Shown in pieces: positions 31,257-41,367 of a stretch of 64,000 nucleotides of DNA (within the stretch, counting starts at the first letter, position 1; every line of letters starts with the position of its first letter). The DNA is from Cyanophyceae cyanobacterium (lineage in GTDB: Bacteria; Cyanobacteriota; Cyanobacteriia; Cyanobacteriales; Laspinemataceae). The notes beneath the pieces are model-generated. The model was given only the letters and a program-made list of their open reading frames with translations. It had not been told where the DNA came from and made no database searches. The stretch is from NCBI GenBank assembly GCA_038321985.1, contig JBBQFN010000004.1:256001-320000 (forward strand), in the 5' to 3' direction. The translations under genes and the position numbers were made by a program.

Positions 31257-32261
31257 TTAGTGGCCGATAGTTAAGACAATTTTACCTTGCATTGAACCTG
31301 TTTCTAACAACTGATGGGCTGCCACAGCTTGTTCTAAGGGGTAAGTTTTACCAACCTCAATTTTGAGCTTACCTTCATCAAATAAACGAGAACATTGCTG
31401 TAATATTTTGGCTTGATTTTGTTGTTCCTTCATCCGATTTTGTAACATAGGAGTCAGCATCAGTTCCAAACTGATGCTCTGGTTTCGGAGTCGTGCGGTT
31501 TTTAACGTGCCGTGCTCGGGACTGGGTTCTAAAATGGTGACAACATCCCCATAAAGTCGCACGGCTTCACAAGTGTCATAAAATATTTTGTCACCCACTG
31601 TATCAAATCCAATATCTGCACCTTCCCCATCAGTCCATGCCATCACGGCTTCCGTGACGTTTTGTTGCTTATACATAATGGTTAAATCTGCACCCAATTG
31701 GCGGACAAACTCTGCTTTTTCCGGGGTGCTGACGGTGGTGGCGACTTCAGCACCTTTTAGTTTGGCGAGTTGGATTGCAACATGACCCACACCCCCAGAA
31801 CCGGCTTGAATTAGCACTTTTTGTCCCGTTTGGAGGCGAGTGCGATCGTAGAGGGCTTCCCAGGCGGTAATCAAGACGAGGGGTGCTGCTGCGGCCTCTA
31901 CAAAGCTCAAAGAAGTAGGTTTTTTGGCAACAAATCGTTCGTCGATCGCAATATATTCGGCATAATTTCCGTGAGGTCCACCCAATCCCCCATGGCAGAA
32001 ATATACTTCGTCTCCCACGTTTAAAGTTTGTACACCGGAGGCAACTGCTTCTACGATTCCCGCACCGTCACAGCCTAAAATAGCCGGATTTTGCTCGGGA
32101 TAAAAGTTACCGTGATCGCGGAGTTTCGTATCGATGGGGTTAATCCCGGCAGCATACAGGCGCACTAAAATATCCCGATCGCCTTCTAATTGGGGACCGG
32201 GTACATCTTGCACTTTCAAAACATCCGCTGGTCCGGCTGCTGTCATTACAACTGCTTTCAT
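31257..32261 (-). CDS. MDR superfamily NADPH:quinone oxidoreductase-like protein
   Basis: AAGINPID, ILGCDGAG, AGSGGVG nucleotide-binding motif, GKIVL. Confidence 0.88.
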   Translation of the reverse strand: MKAVVMTAAGPADVLKVQDVPGPQLEGDRDILVRLYAAGINPIDTKLRDHGNFYPEQNPAILGCDGAGIVEAVASGVQTLNVGDEVYFCHGGLGGPHGNYAEYIAIDERFVAKKPTSLSFVEAAAAPLVLITAWEALYDRTRLQTGQKVLIQAGSGGVGHVAIQLAKLKGAEVATTVSTPEKAEFVRQLGADLTIMYKQQNVTEAVMAWTDGEGADIGFDTVGDKIFYDTCEAVRLYGDVVTILEPSPEHGTLKTARLRNQSISLELMLTPMLQNRMKEQQNQAKILQQCSRLFDEGKLKIEVGKTYPLEQAVAAHQLLETGSMQGKIVLTIGH

Positions 32262-32477
32262 GGTAGCTTTCCTCTAGGGTTTGAAATCATTAAAAATCTA
32301 AAAATCCCCCCTTGTTTCAGGGAGTTAGGGTGGCTCTCTTCTAAATGATACAAGAGGTCTAAATAAACCAACCCGACTGCTTATTTTGGCAACGCTTTAA
32401 AACTCATTTGAGCAATAAAGCGGCCAACTTTCAAACTTTGGCCTCAATCTAGTGAAGGGGGTATGGCGATCGCAGGA

Positions 32478-33200
32478 TCACTCAACGTGAATGGGTTCCC
32501 GCCATAAGGCGATTCCCCCTAGCAAACCGCTGATATTGGGAACAAGGGTTGCATTTTCCGGTAACTCAAACATGATTTTTTTAGCTTCACCCCCACCAAT
32601 GTAGAGGTGATTGTAATTAAACAAATGTTCTAAATTAGCGATCGCTTTTTGCAAGCGGCGATTCCAACGTTTTTCCCCAATCTTATCCAGGGTCGCCCGT
32701 CCTAACTGTTGCTCATAGGTTTGATTTTTACGGAAGCGATGATGTCCGAGTTCGAGATTGGGCACAAGTACACCATCCACAAATAAGCCACTCCCAAACC
32801 CCGTACCTAGAGTAATGGTCAATTCTACTCCTTTCCCGGAAATTGCTCCTAAACCCTGCATATCCGCATCATTACAAACCCGAACGGGTTTGTTTAATAC
32901 ATTCTTCAACGCTGCGGCGAGATTAAACTCCACCCAATCCGGATCAAGGTTAACCGCCGTATAGGTAATTCCTTGACGAACTACCCCGGGAAAACCCACG
33001 GAAACGCGCTCAAACTCACCTTGTTCTTGCGCTAACGAGGCGATCGCCTCTATCACAGCTTGGGGTTTCGCAGGATTGGGAGTGGGGAGGCGGTTACGTT
33101 CCGTCAGAGTTTCTCCCGCCTCATTTAAAACAATCGTCTTCGTGCCACTGCCGCCAATATCAACGGCGAGGGTTCGCATCGGTTCAGCTTGATTAACCAT
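32478..33200 (-). CDS. ppgK: ROK family polyphosphate glucokinase
   Basis: VDIGGSGTK, NDAD, TLGTGFGSG, PNLELGH, YIGGG. Confidence 0.8.
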   Translation of the reverse strand: MVNQAEPMRTLAVDIGGSGTKTIVLNEAGETLTERNRLPTPNPAKPQAVIEAIASLAQEQGEFERVSVGFPGVVRQGITYTAVNLDPDWVEFNLAAALKNVLNKPVRVCNDADMQGLGAISGKGVELTITLGTGFGSGLFVDGVLVPNLELGHHRFRKNQTYEQQLGRATLDKIGEKRWNRRLQKAIANLEHLFNYNHLYIGGGEAKKIMFELPENATLVPNISGLLGGIALWREPIHVE

Positions 33201-33324
33201 TGCACTATCTTGTTAAGGGTTGACAGGGGTTTGATGAAGAAGCAGGGATGAATCAGAAGGATGAAGGATCAATGGATCAGGGTGTAATTCTTCCCTTTAA
33301 TGCCTTCATCCTCCCCTCTTCCCC

Positions 33325-34602
33325 TTACATAGTGAGAGATTGGGTATCAGTCTCAATCAGCTTCGCTAAATCTTGGAGGAATGCGGCTGCATCTGCACCG
33401 TAGATAATCCGGTGATCACAAGTAATATTCACGCGCATTTGGCGGCGCACCCCCATCATGCCATCTTCCGTGGCAACCACTTGATTCTTTGCCCCTCCAA
33501 TGGCTAGAATCGAACCCTGACCCGGAGGCAGAATTGCATCAAAGCTGTCTACCCCATACATTCCCAAATTCGAGAGTGTAAAAGTGCCGCTATTATACTC
33601 CGTCGGTTGCAACTGTTTAACGCGGGCGCGTTCGACCAAATCTTTCCAAGTGCGAGATAGGGAGTAAATATCCATTTGGTCTGCATTTTGCAGAACCGGA
33701 GTAATTAAACCACCATCTCCCATTGCCACTGCCACCGCAATATTGATATTTGCGTGGTGTTGGATACCTGCATCTACATAGCTGGCATTGACTAACGGGT
33801 GTTTCTGCAACGTGAGGGCCACCGCTTTAGCAAGCAGGGCAGTCATCGTCACCCCTTTGGACTTAATCTGTTTGTAAAGTTTGTCTAACTTATCCGTAGT
33901 AATCGTATAGCCCACATGGAAAATAGGCACTTGCAACGCAGCCACCATATTTCGCACAACGGCATTTTGCAAGGTGTTTAACGGGACAACATCTCCCGAA
34001 GCTGCGCTGGCAGCAGGGACTGGCGCTGCCGCTGCCGGAATTCTAGCGGGTGCAGCAACTGCGGGCTGAGGGGGGGCTGTTGCTGCGGGGGCTTTGCCTG
34101 CGGCAGCTTCTACATCTTCCGCCACAATCCGACCATGAGGACCACTTCCGGAGAGACTCCCTAGGTCGAGTTTGTATTCCTTAGCTAATTTTTTGGCCCG
34201 GGGGGAGGCCACCATGCGGCCATTTTGACGACTGGTGCTCGATCCAGAAGCCGCCGTTGCCGGTTCCGGTGCAGGGGATGGGGTAGACTGGGGGGCGACT
34301 GCGGGTTGAGCAGATTTCGCGCTCAGTTTAGCCCCTTGCTGCTTCGCCTGTTCAATTTCTGCTTCCGTGTCTGCTAAAAGAGCGATCGCAGCACCTACGG
34401 GTGCCGCTTCACCCGCCTCTACGAGGATCGTGGCGAGATATCCCTCATAAAAGGACTCTACGTCCATGTCTGCTTTGTCAGACTCCACCACCACCACCGT
34501 TTCGCCCTTCTCCACTTTGTCCCCTGGCGCTTTTTCCCAGGAGACAATTTTGCCTTCTGTCATTGTGGAACTCAGAGCAGGCATGAACACTTCGTTAATC
34601 AT
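33325..34602 (-). CDS. pdhC: Pyruvate dehydrogenase E2 dihydrolipoamide acetyltransferase
   Basis: Lipoyl domain ESDKADM, ASPRAKKLA E3-binding domain, DHRIIYG catalytic motif. Confidence 0.96.
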   Translation of the reverse strand: MINEVFMPALSSTMTEGKIVSWEKAPGDKVEKGETVVVVESDKADMDVESFYEGYLATILVEAGEAAPVGAAIALLADTEAEIEQAKQQGAKLSAKSAQPAVAPQSTPSPAPEPATAASGSSTSRQNGRMVASPRAKKLAKEYKLDLGSLSGSGPHGRIVAEDVEAAAGKAPAATAPPQPAVAAPARIPAAAAPVPAASAASGDVVPLNTLQNAVVRNMVAALQVPIFHVGYTITTDKLDKLYKQIKSKGVTMTALLAKAVALTLQKHPLVNASYVDAGIQHHANINIAVAVAMGDGGLITPVLQNADQMDIYSLSRTWKDLVERARVKQLQPTEYNSGTFTLSNLGMYGVDSFDAILPPGQGSILAIGGAKNQVVATEDGMMGVRRQMRVNITCDHRIIYGADAAAFLQDLAKLIETDTQSLTM

Positions 34603-34792
34603 AGGTAGCTTCTTTTCGACGCTCAAAACTAAAATAAAGCAAGTTTTTATTGTACCCCGATCCGTCCCGCTACGAAATCTCCCCTGATTCAGAAGGCGGA
34701 AGGATGAAGGCGGAAGCAGGAACTATATTTCTATCCCGCCCTCTCCCCTACCTCCCCAATCCCCCCGCCTCCTCTATCCCAAAACCGCGCGA

Positions 34793-35242
34793 CTATAAAT
34801 CGCCGCGAATTTCTTCAACTATGCCATCACGTAAGAGAATTTCTACTTGCATTTTTTTGATTAAATCATCTCCTCGTTCCAGATAGAAAAAACTATCTAT
34901 TTGTCCGCTGGGTACTTCTTGTCCCATTTCCAGAGTTTGGACTTGTTGCAGATTTTGCAAAATTTGATTTTTCTGATCGAGCATTTCTCTTTGCCGTTGA
35001 TTGGCTTGCATTTTTACGGACTCCATTTGTTGCTGGATTTGCGGCCCGGGGGGTTGAATACTTTGTTTTTGTAGCTCAGAAATCATTTGCTGGGCCTGCA
35101 TTTCAAGCTGCTGGAGTTGAGTATCGAGTTGATTGATTTGTCCTTGAAGTTGCTGTTGGACTTCCTCTTTCCAGCGAGGGGTAACGATCGCTTTGATGAC
35201 GGTATTCCGCTTCAGAAGTAATTTGGAGTTAGAGACATCCAT
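34793..35242 (-). CDS. YlqD family protein
   Basis: KAIVTPRWKEE, Gln-rich coiled coil, EILLRDGIVEEIR. Confidence 0.85.
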   Translation of the reverse strand: MDVSNSKLLLKRNTVIKAIVTPRWKEEVQQQLQGQINQLDTQLQQLEMQAQQMISELQKQSIQPPGPQIQQQMESVKMQANQRQREMLDQKNQILQNLQQVQTLEMGQEVPSGQIDSFFYLERGDDLIKKMQVEILLRDGIVEEIRGDL

Positions 35243-35330
35243 ATTGGGTGACCTAGATAAAGGTTTAAGTGGGAAATTGGCCTAAAATTGGCCCCGTTAT
35301 GCTACCATGCTACGGGGCTAAAGCTGTAGA

Positions 35331-37334
35331 TTAGACAAACATTTTATCAATGCGATCGCCGTAATGCTCCGTAATCACGGGCCGTTTAATTTTCAGGGTT
35401 TGGGTGAGCATTCCATTCTCCATAGAAAATGGCTCGCTTAACAGATAAAAGGGTCCAACCCGGTCATCGGGACGATATCCAGGACGGTTTTTCACCTCTC
35501 GATTTAACTCCTGGCGGAACAGGTTCTCAATGTCAGGACTGGATAGGTCAATTTCTATCGTCCCAGATGGGGGGCGACTGTCTGCGGAAACGCTTTCCGG
35601 CAAACGCAGATACAAGTTTTGGGACTCGGCCCACTTTTGCAGGGCTTCAAAATTCGGCACAATTAAGGCACCTAGGCACTTTTGATCCTGACCCACTAGC
35701 ATCATTTGGTCAATATAAGCACTCCGAATACAGGCATCCTCAATCGGTTGGGGTTCGATATTTTCACCGTTAGTGAGGACGATAGTATCTTTGGCGCGAC
35801 CCGTGAGGACTAAATCATTGCCAGGAGTCAACCACCCCAAGTCCCCGGTATCAAACCATCCCTCGGGGTCGATCGCCTTGCTAGTCGCTTCGGGATTTTG
35901 ATAGTACCCCTGCATAATTTGAGGACCCCGCGCTAAGACTAAACCCCGTTCCCCAGTTTTCAGGGTTTCGCGGGTTTCAGGGTTGACAATTCGCAGTTCT
36001 GTGTAGGGAATCGGGCGACCCGAAGAACCCCGTAGATTATGCCAAAATCGCCGCGCCGTTAACACGGGAGTTGTTTCGGTTAACCCATACCCTACTAGCA
36101 CATCAATGCCAATAATTTCAAAGAAATTTTCGATATGCATCGCCAGGGAACCGCCACCACTAATCACATATTTAAGTTGACCGCCAGTGGCTTGACGCAC
36201 TTTATCATAAACCAGGCGATCGCCCAAGGCGTGTAAGGGCGCTAAAGCCGCGCGTTGCGCCGATGCCCGGAGTTTTTCCATCGTTGAAGGGGGTTCGACT
36301 TGCAAGCGCAATCCGTGCAGGGTGCGACCCGCTTCAATATAGCGCTGGGAGATTCCAAAAAAGAAGTTGACCAGTTTTTGCTGCTTGGCAGGTGAGGAGC
36401 GAAACTGCTTTTGTACCCCCTCATAAATCGATTCCCAGAGTCGGGGAACGCCGAAGGTATATTTGGGTTGATACTCTTTTAAATCAGCTTTGAGATAGCG
36501 GATATTGGTGTAAAACTGGCTGCATCCTCGCGAGAGTAAAAAATATTGACCCATGCGCCCGAAACTGTGCCAGGTAGGGAGAATGGTAATCACGCGATCG
36601 CCCGGTGTCGGTTGCATCAGGGTCGGCAGGTTCTGGATTTGATGCAATAGGTTGCCGTGAGTCAGCATCACCCCCTTGGGTTTTCCCGTTGTACCGGAGG
36701 TGTAAATTAAGGTTGCCAAAGTCTCCCGATTGACGGTGACAGGTTGCAGGGAAGAAGCTGCCCCTTTTTCCATCACCTGCTGATAGGATAATATTTGCAC
36801 CGGCAAGGTATCATCGGTGGGCAGGGGTTCATCGGAGAGCGTGATAATCCACTGGATAGGCAAGTCATCCAGTTGAGGGCGGAGTTTTTTAAGCAAAGCC
36901 AAGTTTTCCACCACCAAACCCATACTGCCGCTATTTTGGAGAATAAATAGCAGTTCCTCGCGATCGGCATCAGAACCGCGCACCACATCCGCTGCACCGG
37001 CCCTCATCAGCCCTTGGTCCGCAATCATCCAGCGGGGACTATCGTTAGCAAATAAGGCCACCCGGGGGGGTACATGATCAGCGATCGCAGGTAATCCCAA
37101 GGATTGCACCCCAGCGGCAAACTGCTGGATTTGCTGAAATAATTCACTAAAGGTAAATTCGACCACGGGTTTAGCGTGAGGGTCACACAACGCCAAAGTC
37201 TTCCCAAACTGCGACTGGGCCAGGGACCACACCTCCGGCATGGATTGAATGGCCGTATAATCCGGAGGTAGCTTCAAATAAGCACGTTCCCGATCGCTGA
37301 TGGAGGTATCGGTTGAATAAGCAATCTGACTCAT
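35331..37334 (-). CDS. aas: Acyl-ACP synthetase / long-chain fatty acid ligase
   Basis: YTSGTTGKPKG, GYGLTE, FDTGDLG, GRAKD adenylation motifs; aas-ylqD-pdhC order. Confidence 0.88.
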   Translation of the reverse strand: MSQIAYSTDTSISDRERAYLKLPPDYTAIQSMPEVWSLAQSQFGKTLALCDPHAKPVVEFTFSELFQQIQQFAAGVQSLGLPAIADHVPPRVALFANDSPRWMIADQGLMRAGAADVVRGSDADREELLFILQNSGSMGLVVENLALLKKLRPQLDDLPIQWIITLSDEPLPTDDTLPVQILSYQQVMEKGAASSLQPVTVNRETLATLIYTSGTTGKPKGVMLTHGNLLHQIQNLPTLMQPTPGDRVITILPTWHSFGRMGQYFLLSRGCSQFYTNIRYLKADLKEYQPKYTFGVPRLWESIYEGVQKQFRSSPAKQQKLVNFFFGISQRYIEAGRTLHGLRLQVEPPSTMEKLRASAQRAALAPLHALGDRLVYDKVRQATGGQLKYVISGGGSLAMHIENFFEIIGIDVLVGYGLTETTPVLTARRFWHNLRGSSGRPIPYTELRIVNPETRETLKTGERGLVLARGPQIMQGYYQNPEATSKAIDPEGWFDTGDLGWLTPGNDLVLTGRAKDTIVLTNGENIEPQPIEDACIRSAYIDQMMLVGQDQKCLGALIVPNFEALQKWAESQNLYLRLPESVSADSRPPSGTIEIDLSSPDIENLFRQELNREVKNRPGYRPDDRVGPFYLLSEPFSMENGMLTQTLKIKRPVITEHYGDRIDKMFV

Positions 37335-37569
37335 CGCTATTAACCTCTTAGAATAAAGGTGTTTCTAAGAGTTTAGTATTGATGAGTCCGTTTGATCCGC
37401 GATCGGATCCAGGGGACAGTTTGCCAACTGGAACAGCTCAGAAATTGAAACAGATGTGGGAACAGTCGGGAACAGTGGGGCGATCGCACAAACGGACTCG
37501 AAGGTAGCAAGATGCTGGCACTCCTAATTTCTTCGAGTGCTAGTATCACTTCCGCTTGATTGCTGGGCG

Positions 37570-37660
37570 GGACTTACGCAGAACTGCCCTATGGGTAAGG
37601 GCGAAAAAATGAATCGCCCTTATTACCCATAGGGTTTAGTTTCTAACTCGGCGTCAGTGC
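37570..37660. mobile_element. Degenerate MITE-like element with internal hairpin
   Basis: Left end GGACTTACGCA, right end GGCGTCAGTGC (8/11 match to its complement); internal CCCTATGGGTAA...TTACCCATAGGG around GGGCGA/TCGCCC. Confidence 0.5.
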
Positions 37661-37702
37661 TGTTATTGAATGGCTGAGGAAACCGATCGCCCTTGTTTTA
37701 CA

Positions 37703-39658
37703 TCAATGCGCCCACTTGTCAATCCATTTCACTGTGCCTTCATCAGCTAATAACCAGCGACGACAGACGATGTTTTCCCGGCTGGCGAGTGCGGCATCGT
37801 TGCCATGCTCATCTTTATATACGATCGCATATTTATAGGCGATCGCCTTTCCTGCACTTTCTTCAAAGGGAATCTCGGCAAACCAGGTATTCGAGTTAAT
37901 ATACTCCAGGGGATAGGCTTTGGTAATATCCCAATTCCCTAATTCTGGGCAATCTCCTGTCACCACTACCACTTGACCCACATCCGTAGAAAGTCCATTC
38001 AAATGTGCGCGCACTAAAACGGTGGCTTTAATCCGTTCGCCAACATGACTGATGACGACTGCCTCTTTAGCACCCAGTTCTAATTGATGTAACATTCCCC
38101 CCTGCACTTCCAGTTTGCGCCGGGTTAAAATACAAGTATGTTCCCCATCGGGTAAGTCAGTATGAACATCAATGGTTGTGGCTCCCCCGCGATTCATGGC
38201 GACGAAGCAGACGGAATCTCGATATCGGCGCACATAGGCATAAATATCCGCCGTGATATACTTAGTCCATTGACTGCCTAGGGAAACCGCAGGATTCAGA
38301 CGACGCACTCCCGAGAGTAAGCGAATATCCCGATAAATCGGGGTATCTGTATCCCAGTTTTCCATCCTCGGACGGTTGTAGGGGTCGTTGTTGCCGTAGG
38401 GATTACTATCCCCGTTGGTATCGTTGTGCAGATACTGCTCGGTCCCGTAATATATACAGGGAATTCCCCGGCAGGTCATAATTAAATTAATCCCTAAGCG
38501 TAAGGCCTCGGGGTCTGGGTTCAAGGTTTGGAACCGATGCATATCGTGATTATCGATAAAGGTAATCAGTTCCGTGGCGGCATTATAGCGATAATCCTGG
38601 TCAAAAATAGACTGGATCATTTGAAACCCGGGTGCTGCATTAACTGCCAATACTTCCCGAATCGCCGTTGCTAAACCAAAGTCCAGAATGGTCATTCCCG
38701 ATTCATTGGCAAAGCTGACCGATTGCTCGTCATTGGGGTGATTATAAATCCATTCCCCAAAGATAAATACATCGGGTTTATGAGACTGAATATCGGCGTT
38801 AAACTCCTGCCAAAACCAGATTGGCATATGTTTTACCGTATCCACTCGCAAGGCATCGACACCGCGATCGAGCCATTGTTTAATGGCGGATTTGATATAA
38901 TTTCGGTATTGGATATTGTTCTCGTTAAAGGTGGCAAGACCCGCAAGTTCACAGTTCTGCACTTGCCATTCATCTTCCCAATTGGTCACTTCACCATAGT
39001 GGTGATACCAGCTTTCTTTATCATCGTTGAAATCGGCAATTTTCACCCCATCATCGTAAAGCTCTCCCTTAATCCCGCTAAAATCAGGGTTACTATGGTT
39101 ACACACAATATCGAGAATCAGTTTCATGTCTCGTTTGTGTAACTCTTCAATCAGTTTATCAAAAATTGTATCCCGGCTGTCTTGGGTAGCGTTGAGGGAG
39201 GGGTTATCGCCAGGGGCAATAAAGCGGGGATTGAGGCGTTTAAAATCTCGGGTCCAGTATCCGTGAATGGCCGCTTGTTCGACAAATAAGGCTTCGACTT
39301 GCTCAAAGAGGGGAGTTAACCAGATGGCGGTAATACCCAGGGATTTGAGATAGTCTAATTTTTCAATAATTCCTTGTAAATCGCCGCCCCAATATTTGCC
39401 CCAATCTTCCCCGGAGGGGTCGAACAGTTCGGGATTCGGTCCTTCGCTATTGGTGGGGTCACCATCATAAAATCGGTCTACAACGATGAAATAAATAGTT
39501 TCTTGGCGAAATTCAATGGCGCGGGTGAAGAGAAACTCAAATTCGTTTCCTTCTTCTTCTTTGTGGAGCGCGATTTCAGCCCCGGTGGAGGCGTCGATAT
39601 TTGAGGGGGAGGAACCAATTGTGAGAGATTCTTCTTTGGAACTGGAAGTGGGCTGCAT
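37703..39658 (-). CDS. GH13 alpha-amylase/CGTase-like enzyme with C-terminal CBM20
   Basis: HGYW, DIVCNH, RVDTVKH, GEW, IDNHD; GDCPELGNWD starch-binding module; no signal peptide. Confidence 0.92.
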   Translation of the reverse strand: MQPTSSSKEESLTIGSSPSNIDASTGAEIALHKEEEGNEFEFLFTRAIEFRQETIYFIVVDRFYDGDPTNSEGPNPELFDPSGEDWGKYWGGDLQGIIEKLDYLKSLGITAIWLTPLFEQVEALFVEQAAIHGYWTRDFKRLNPRFIAPGDNPSLNATQDSRDTIFDKLIEELHKRDMKLILDIVCNHSNPDFSGIKGELYDDGVKIADFNDDKESWYHHYGEVTNWEDEWQVQNCELAGLATFNENNIQYRNYIKSAIKQWLDRGVDALRVDTVKHMPIWFWQEFNADIQSHKPDVFIFGEWIYNHPNDEQSVSFANESGMTILDFGLATAIREVLAVNAAPGFQMIQSIFDQDYRYNAATELITFIDNHDMHRFQTLNPDPEALRLGINLIMTCRGIPCIYYGTEQYLHNDTNGDSNPYGNNDPYNRPRMENWDTDTPIYRDIRLLSGVRRLNPAVSLGSQWTKYITADIYAYVRRYRDSVCFVAMNRGGATTIDVHTDLPDGEHTCILTRRKLEVQGGMLHQLELGAKEAVVISHVGERIKATVLVRAHLNGLSTDVGQVVVVTGDCPELGNWDITKAYPLEYINSNTWFAEIPFEESAGKAIAYKYAIVYKDEHGNDAALASRENIVCRRWLLADEGTVKWIDKWAH

Positions 39659-39805
39659 AAATTTGTGAGATGAAAGTTGAAGAAATTGAGAGATAACGTG
39701 TATAATTGTCTTGGGATGAAAGCAATAATACCCTCAGAAATTAAGTCAGACATCTATCTGAAGGAACAAAAACTGACGTCCCAAGCCGTGAGAGGGGATG
39801 GAACC

Positions 39806-40936
39806 CTAGGGTTCTGGGGCAGTTTTGAGGGTAATTTTCCACTCTGTGAGACGGTTCGCCAGTTGCAGGTTTTGGTCCTCGGGTCCGAGGGCGATCGCCA
39901 ACTGGTCCGGGTTGATCAGAACTTCAGCCGATTGTGTCTCTACATCGAGGGCGATCGCCCCGTCAACTAGGGCCGGAGATAAGGCGTTGGCAATGTAGGT
40001 AGCGGGGTCTTCGGACCAGGGAATCACTTCAATTTTTTCTCCCGGGATTTCCTGGGCGATCGCATTGAGATGTTCGCCTAGCTTACCGATGCAAGCGGCA
40101 ACTGGATCGATGTCCGGATCGAGAGAATGAACCGCAATTTTAGTCCGGGGGGCGATTTCCGCTTTGGTTGGGATAGAATCCCGGGCGACTCCTTTAATTT
40201 CAACCGTCCCCTGTCCAATTTCGGGAACCCGATCGCTGAACAAACCGGAAACTAGATAGCTAGTCGCGCGGGAAACCCGCAGCATGGGTTTAGAACTCGG
40301 GCGATCGAAGACTTTTTTCAGATACACCTTAAATTCTGTACCCTCTTGATAGTCATCGTTGGGTAACTTTTCATACTTAGGGAGTTCCGCTTCTACAATA
40401 GGATGACCCGGACCTCCGGTGACCCCGACGATCACCCCACGGGCATCGCTTTTGAGGACTTTGCCCATGAGAATGCTTCCTTTGCGGTCCCCAAATGTCT
40501 CTTGAATGTATTTACACTGCTGTTCCTGCAATTTTTGGGTGAGGACTGTCTTAGTTTGCAAGGCGGCGAGACGACCGAAATCTCCTTGATTGGGAGTCAC
40601 ATCAACAATCACGCGATCGCCGAGTTTGACTTTTGCGCCCTTTTTGGTCGCTAAATCTAGGGGAATTTCGCGATCGCTATCCTCCACCGTCTCCACTATC
40701 GTCTTCGTCGCAATCACCCGAAACCCTTCCGCTTTCAGGTCAAGTTTGACCGCAAAATTCTCAAAGTAGTCTTCGGGAAAATCCTCATCGTTGCGGATTT
40801 GGGTCCGACGATAGCGCTCATATCCTTTAAGCAGTGCTGCTTTCAGCGCTGCTTGGACCGCAAGCGGCGGTAAAGAGCGCTGTTGACTCATCGTGTCAAG
40901 CAGCGATCGGAGTCCAGGAAGACTGACCATTGACAT
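39806..40936 (-). CDS. nusA: Divergent NusA paralog
   Basis: MSMVSLPGL...ALLKGYERYRR NTD, S1, RTKIAV...DPVAACIG, PATYIANALSPA; AGGAGG RBS; no rimP/infB neighbours. Confidence 0.85.
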   Translation of the reverse strand: MSMVSLPGLRSLLDTMSQQRSLPPLAVQAALKAALLKGYERYRRTQIRNDEDFPEDYFENFAVKLDLKAEGFRVIATKTIVETVEDSDREIPLDLATKKGAKVKLGDRVIVDVTPNQGDFGRLAALQTKTVLTQKLQEQQCKYIQETFGDRKGSILMGKVLKSDARGVIVGVTGGPGHPIVEAELPKYEKLPNDDYQEGTEFKVYLKKVFDRPSSKPMLRVSRATSYLVSGLFSDRVPEIGQGTVEIKGVARDSIPTKAEIAPRTKIAVHSLDPDIDPVAACIGKLGEHLNAIAQEIPGEKIEVIPWSEDPATYIANALSPALVDGAIALDVETQSAEVLINPDQLAIALGPEDQNLQLANRLTEWKITLKTAPEP

Positions 40937-41104
40937 TGAGAACACCTCCTACAACCCTGTTCCAAGTACCTTTGCGCTTAGGAAATCTTACCGGAAAACC
41001 TCCCACATTTTTAAAAGATTCCCTGGGGTTGAATTCACCACCCTAACCCAGCCCCAAGAGACAGGGTAAGGTTAGAGATTGGAAGTGAATTTAGGTTTAC
41101 TGAA

Positions 41105-41246
41105 TATATAGCAATTTCCAGACTCATGACACACGGGCTACGCCGCACAGCGATCGCTTGACTCGGGTGCGGAGTGCGTAAAGCCTGGGCCCAGGCTTTA
41201 CGCACTCCCAAAAATGTACTAGAGCAACTGTGGAAACTGCTATATA
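41105..41246. mobile_element. 142-bp MITE with TA-flanked terminal inverted repeats
   Basis: TATATAGCAATTTCCA / TGGAAACTGCTATATA (15/16); internal perfect 38-bp palindrome at 41171-41208. Confidence 0.75.
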
Positions 41247-41367
41247 GCTATTTGTAAAAGTGAGGAGGGGGAAAAGAAACAATAGCCCGTCGTAACTCCG
41301 AACCGGCAGAAATTACGGAAGTCGTGCCCTTGAAACTTCTCCCCTTTCTCCCCCACTTTTCCCTTTC

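Noticed and set aside
35331..37334. aas as the acyl-activating member of the biosynthetic cluster
   Set aside because: It is 6.5 kb away and in its usual aas-ylqD-pdhC context; at most it could act in trans.
37515..37543. CIRCE-like CTGGCACTC...GAGTGCTAG upstream of aas
   Set aside because: Spacer is 11 nt rather than 9, both arms deviate, and no chaperone gene is adjacent; more likely a plain hairpin.
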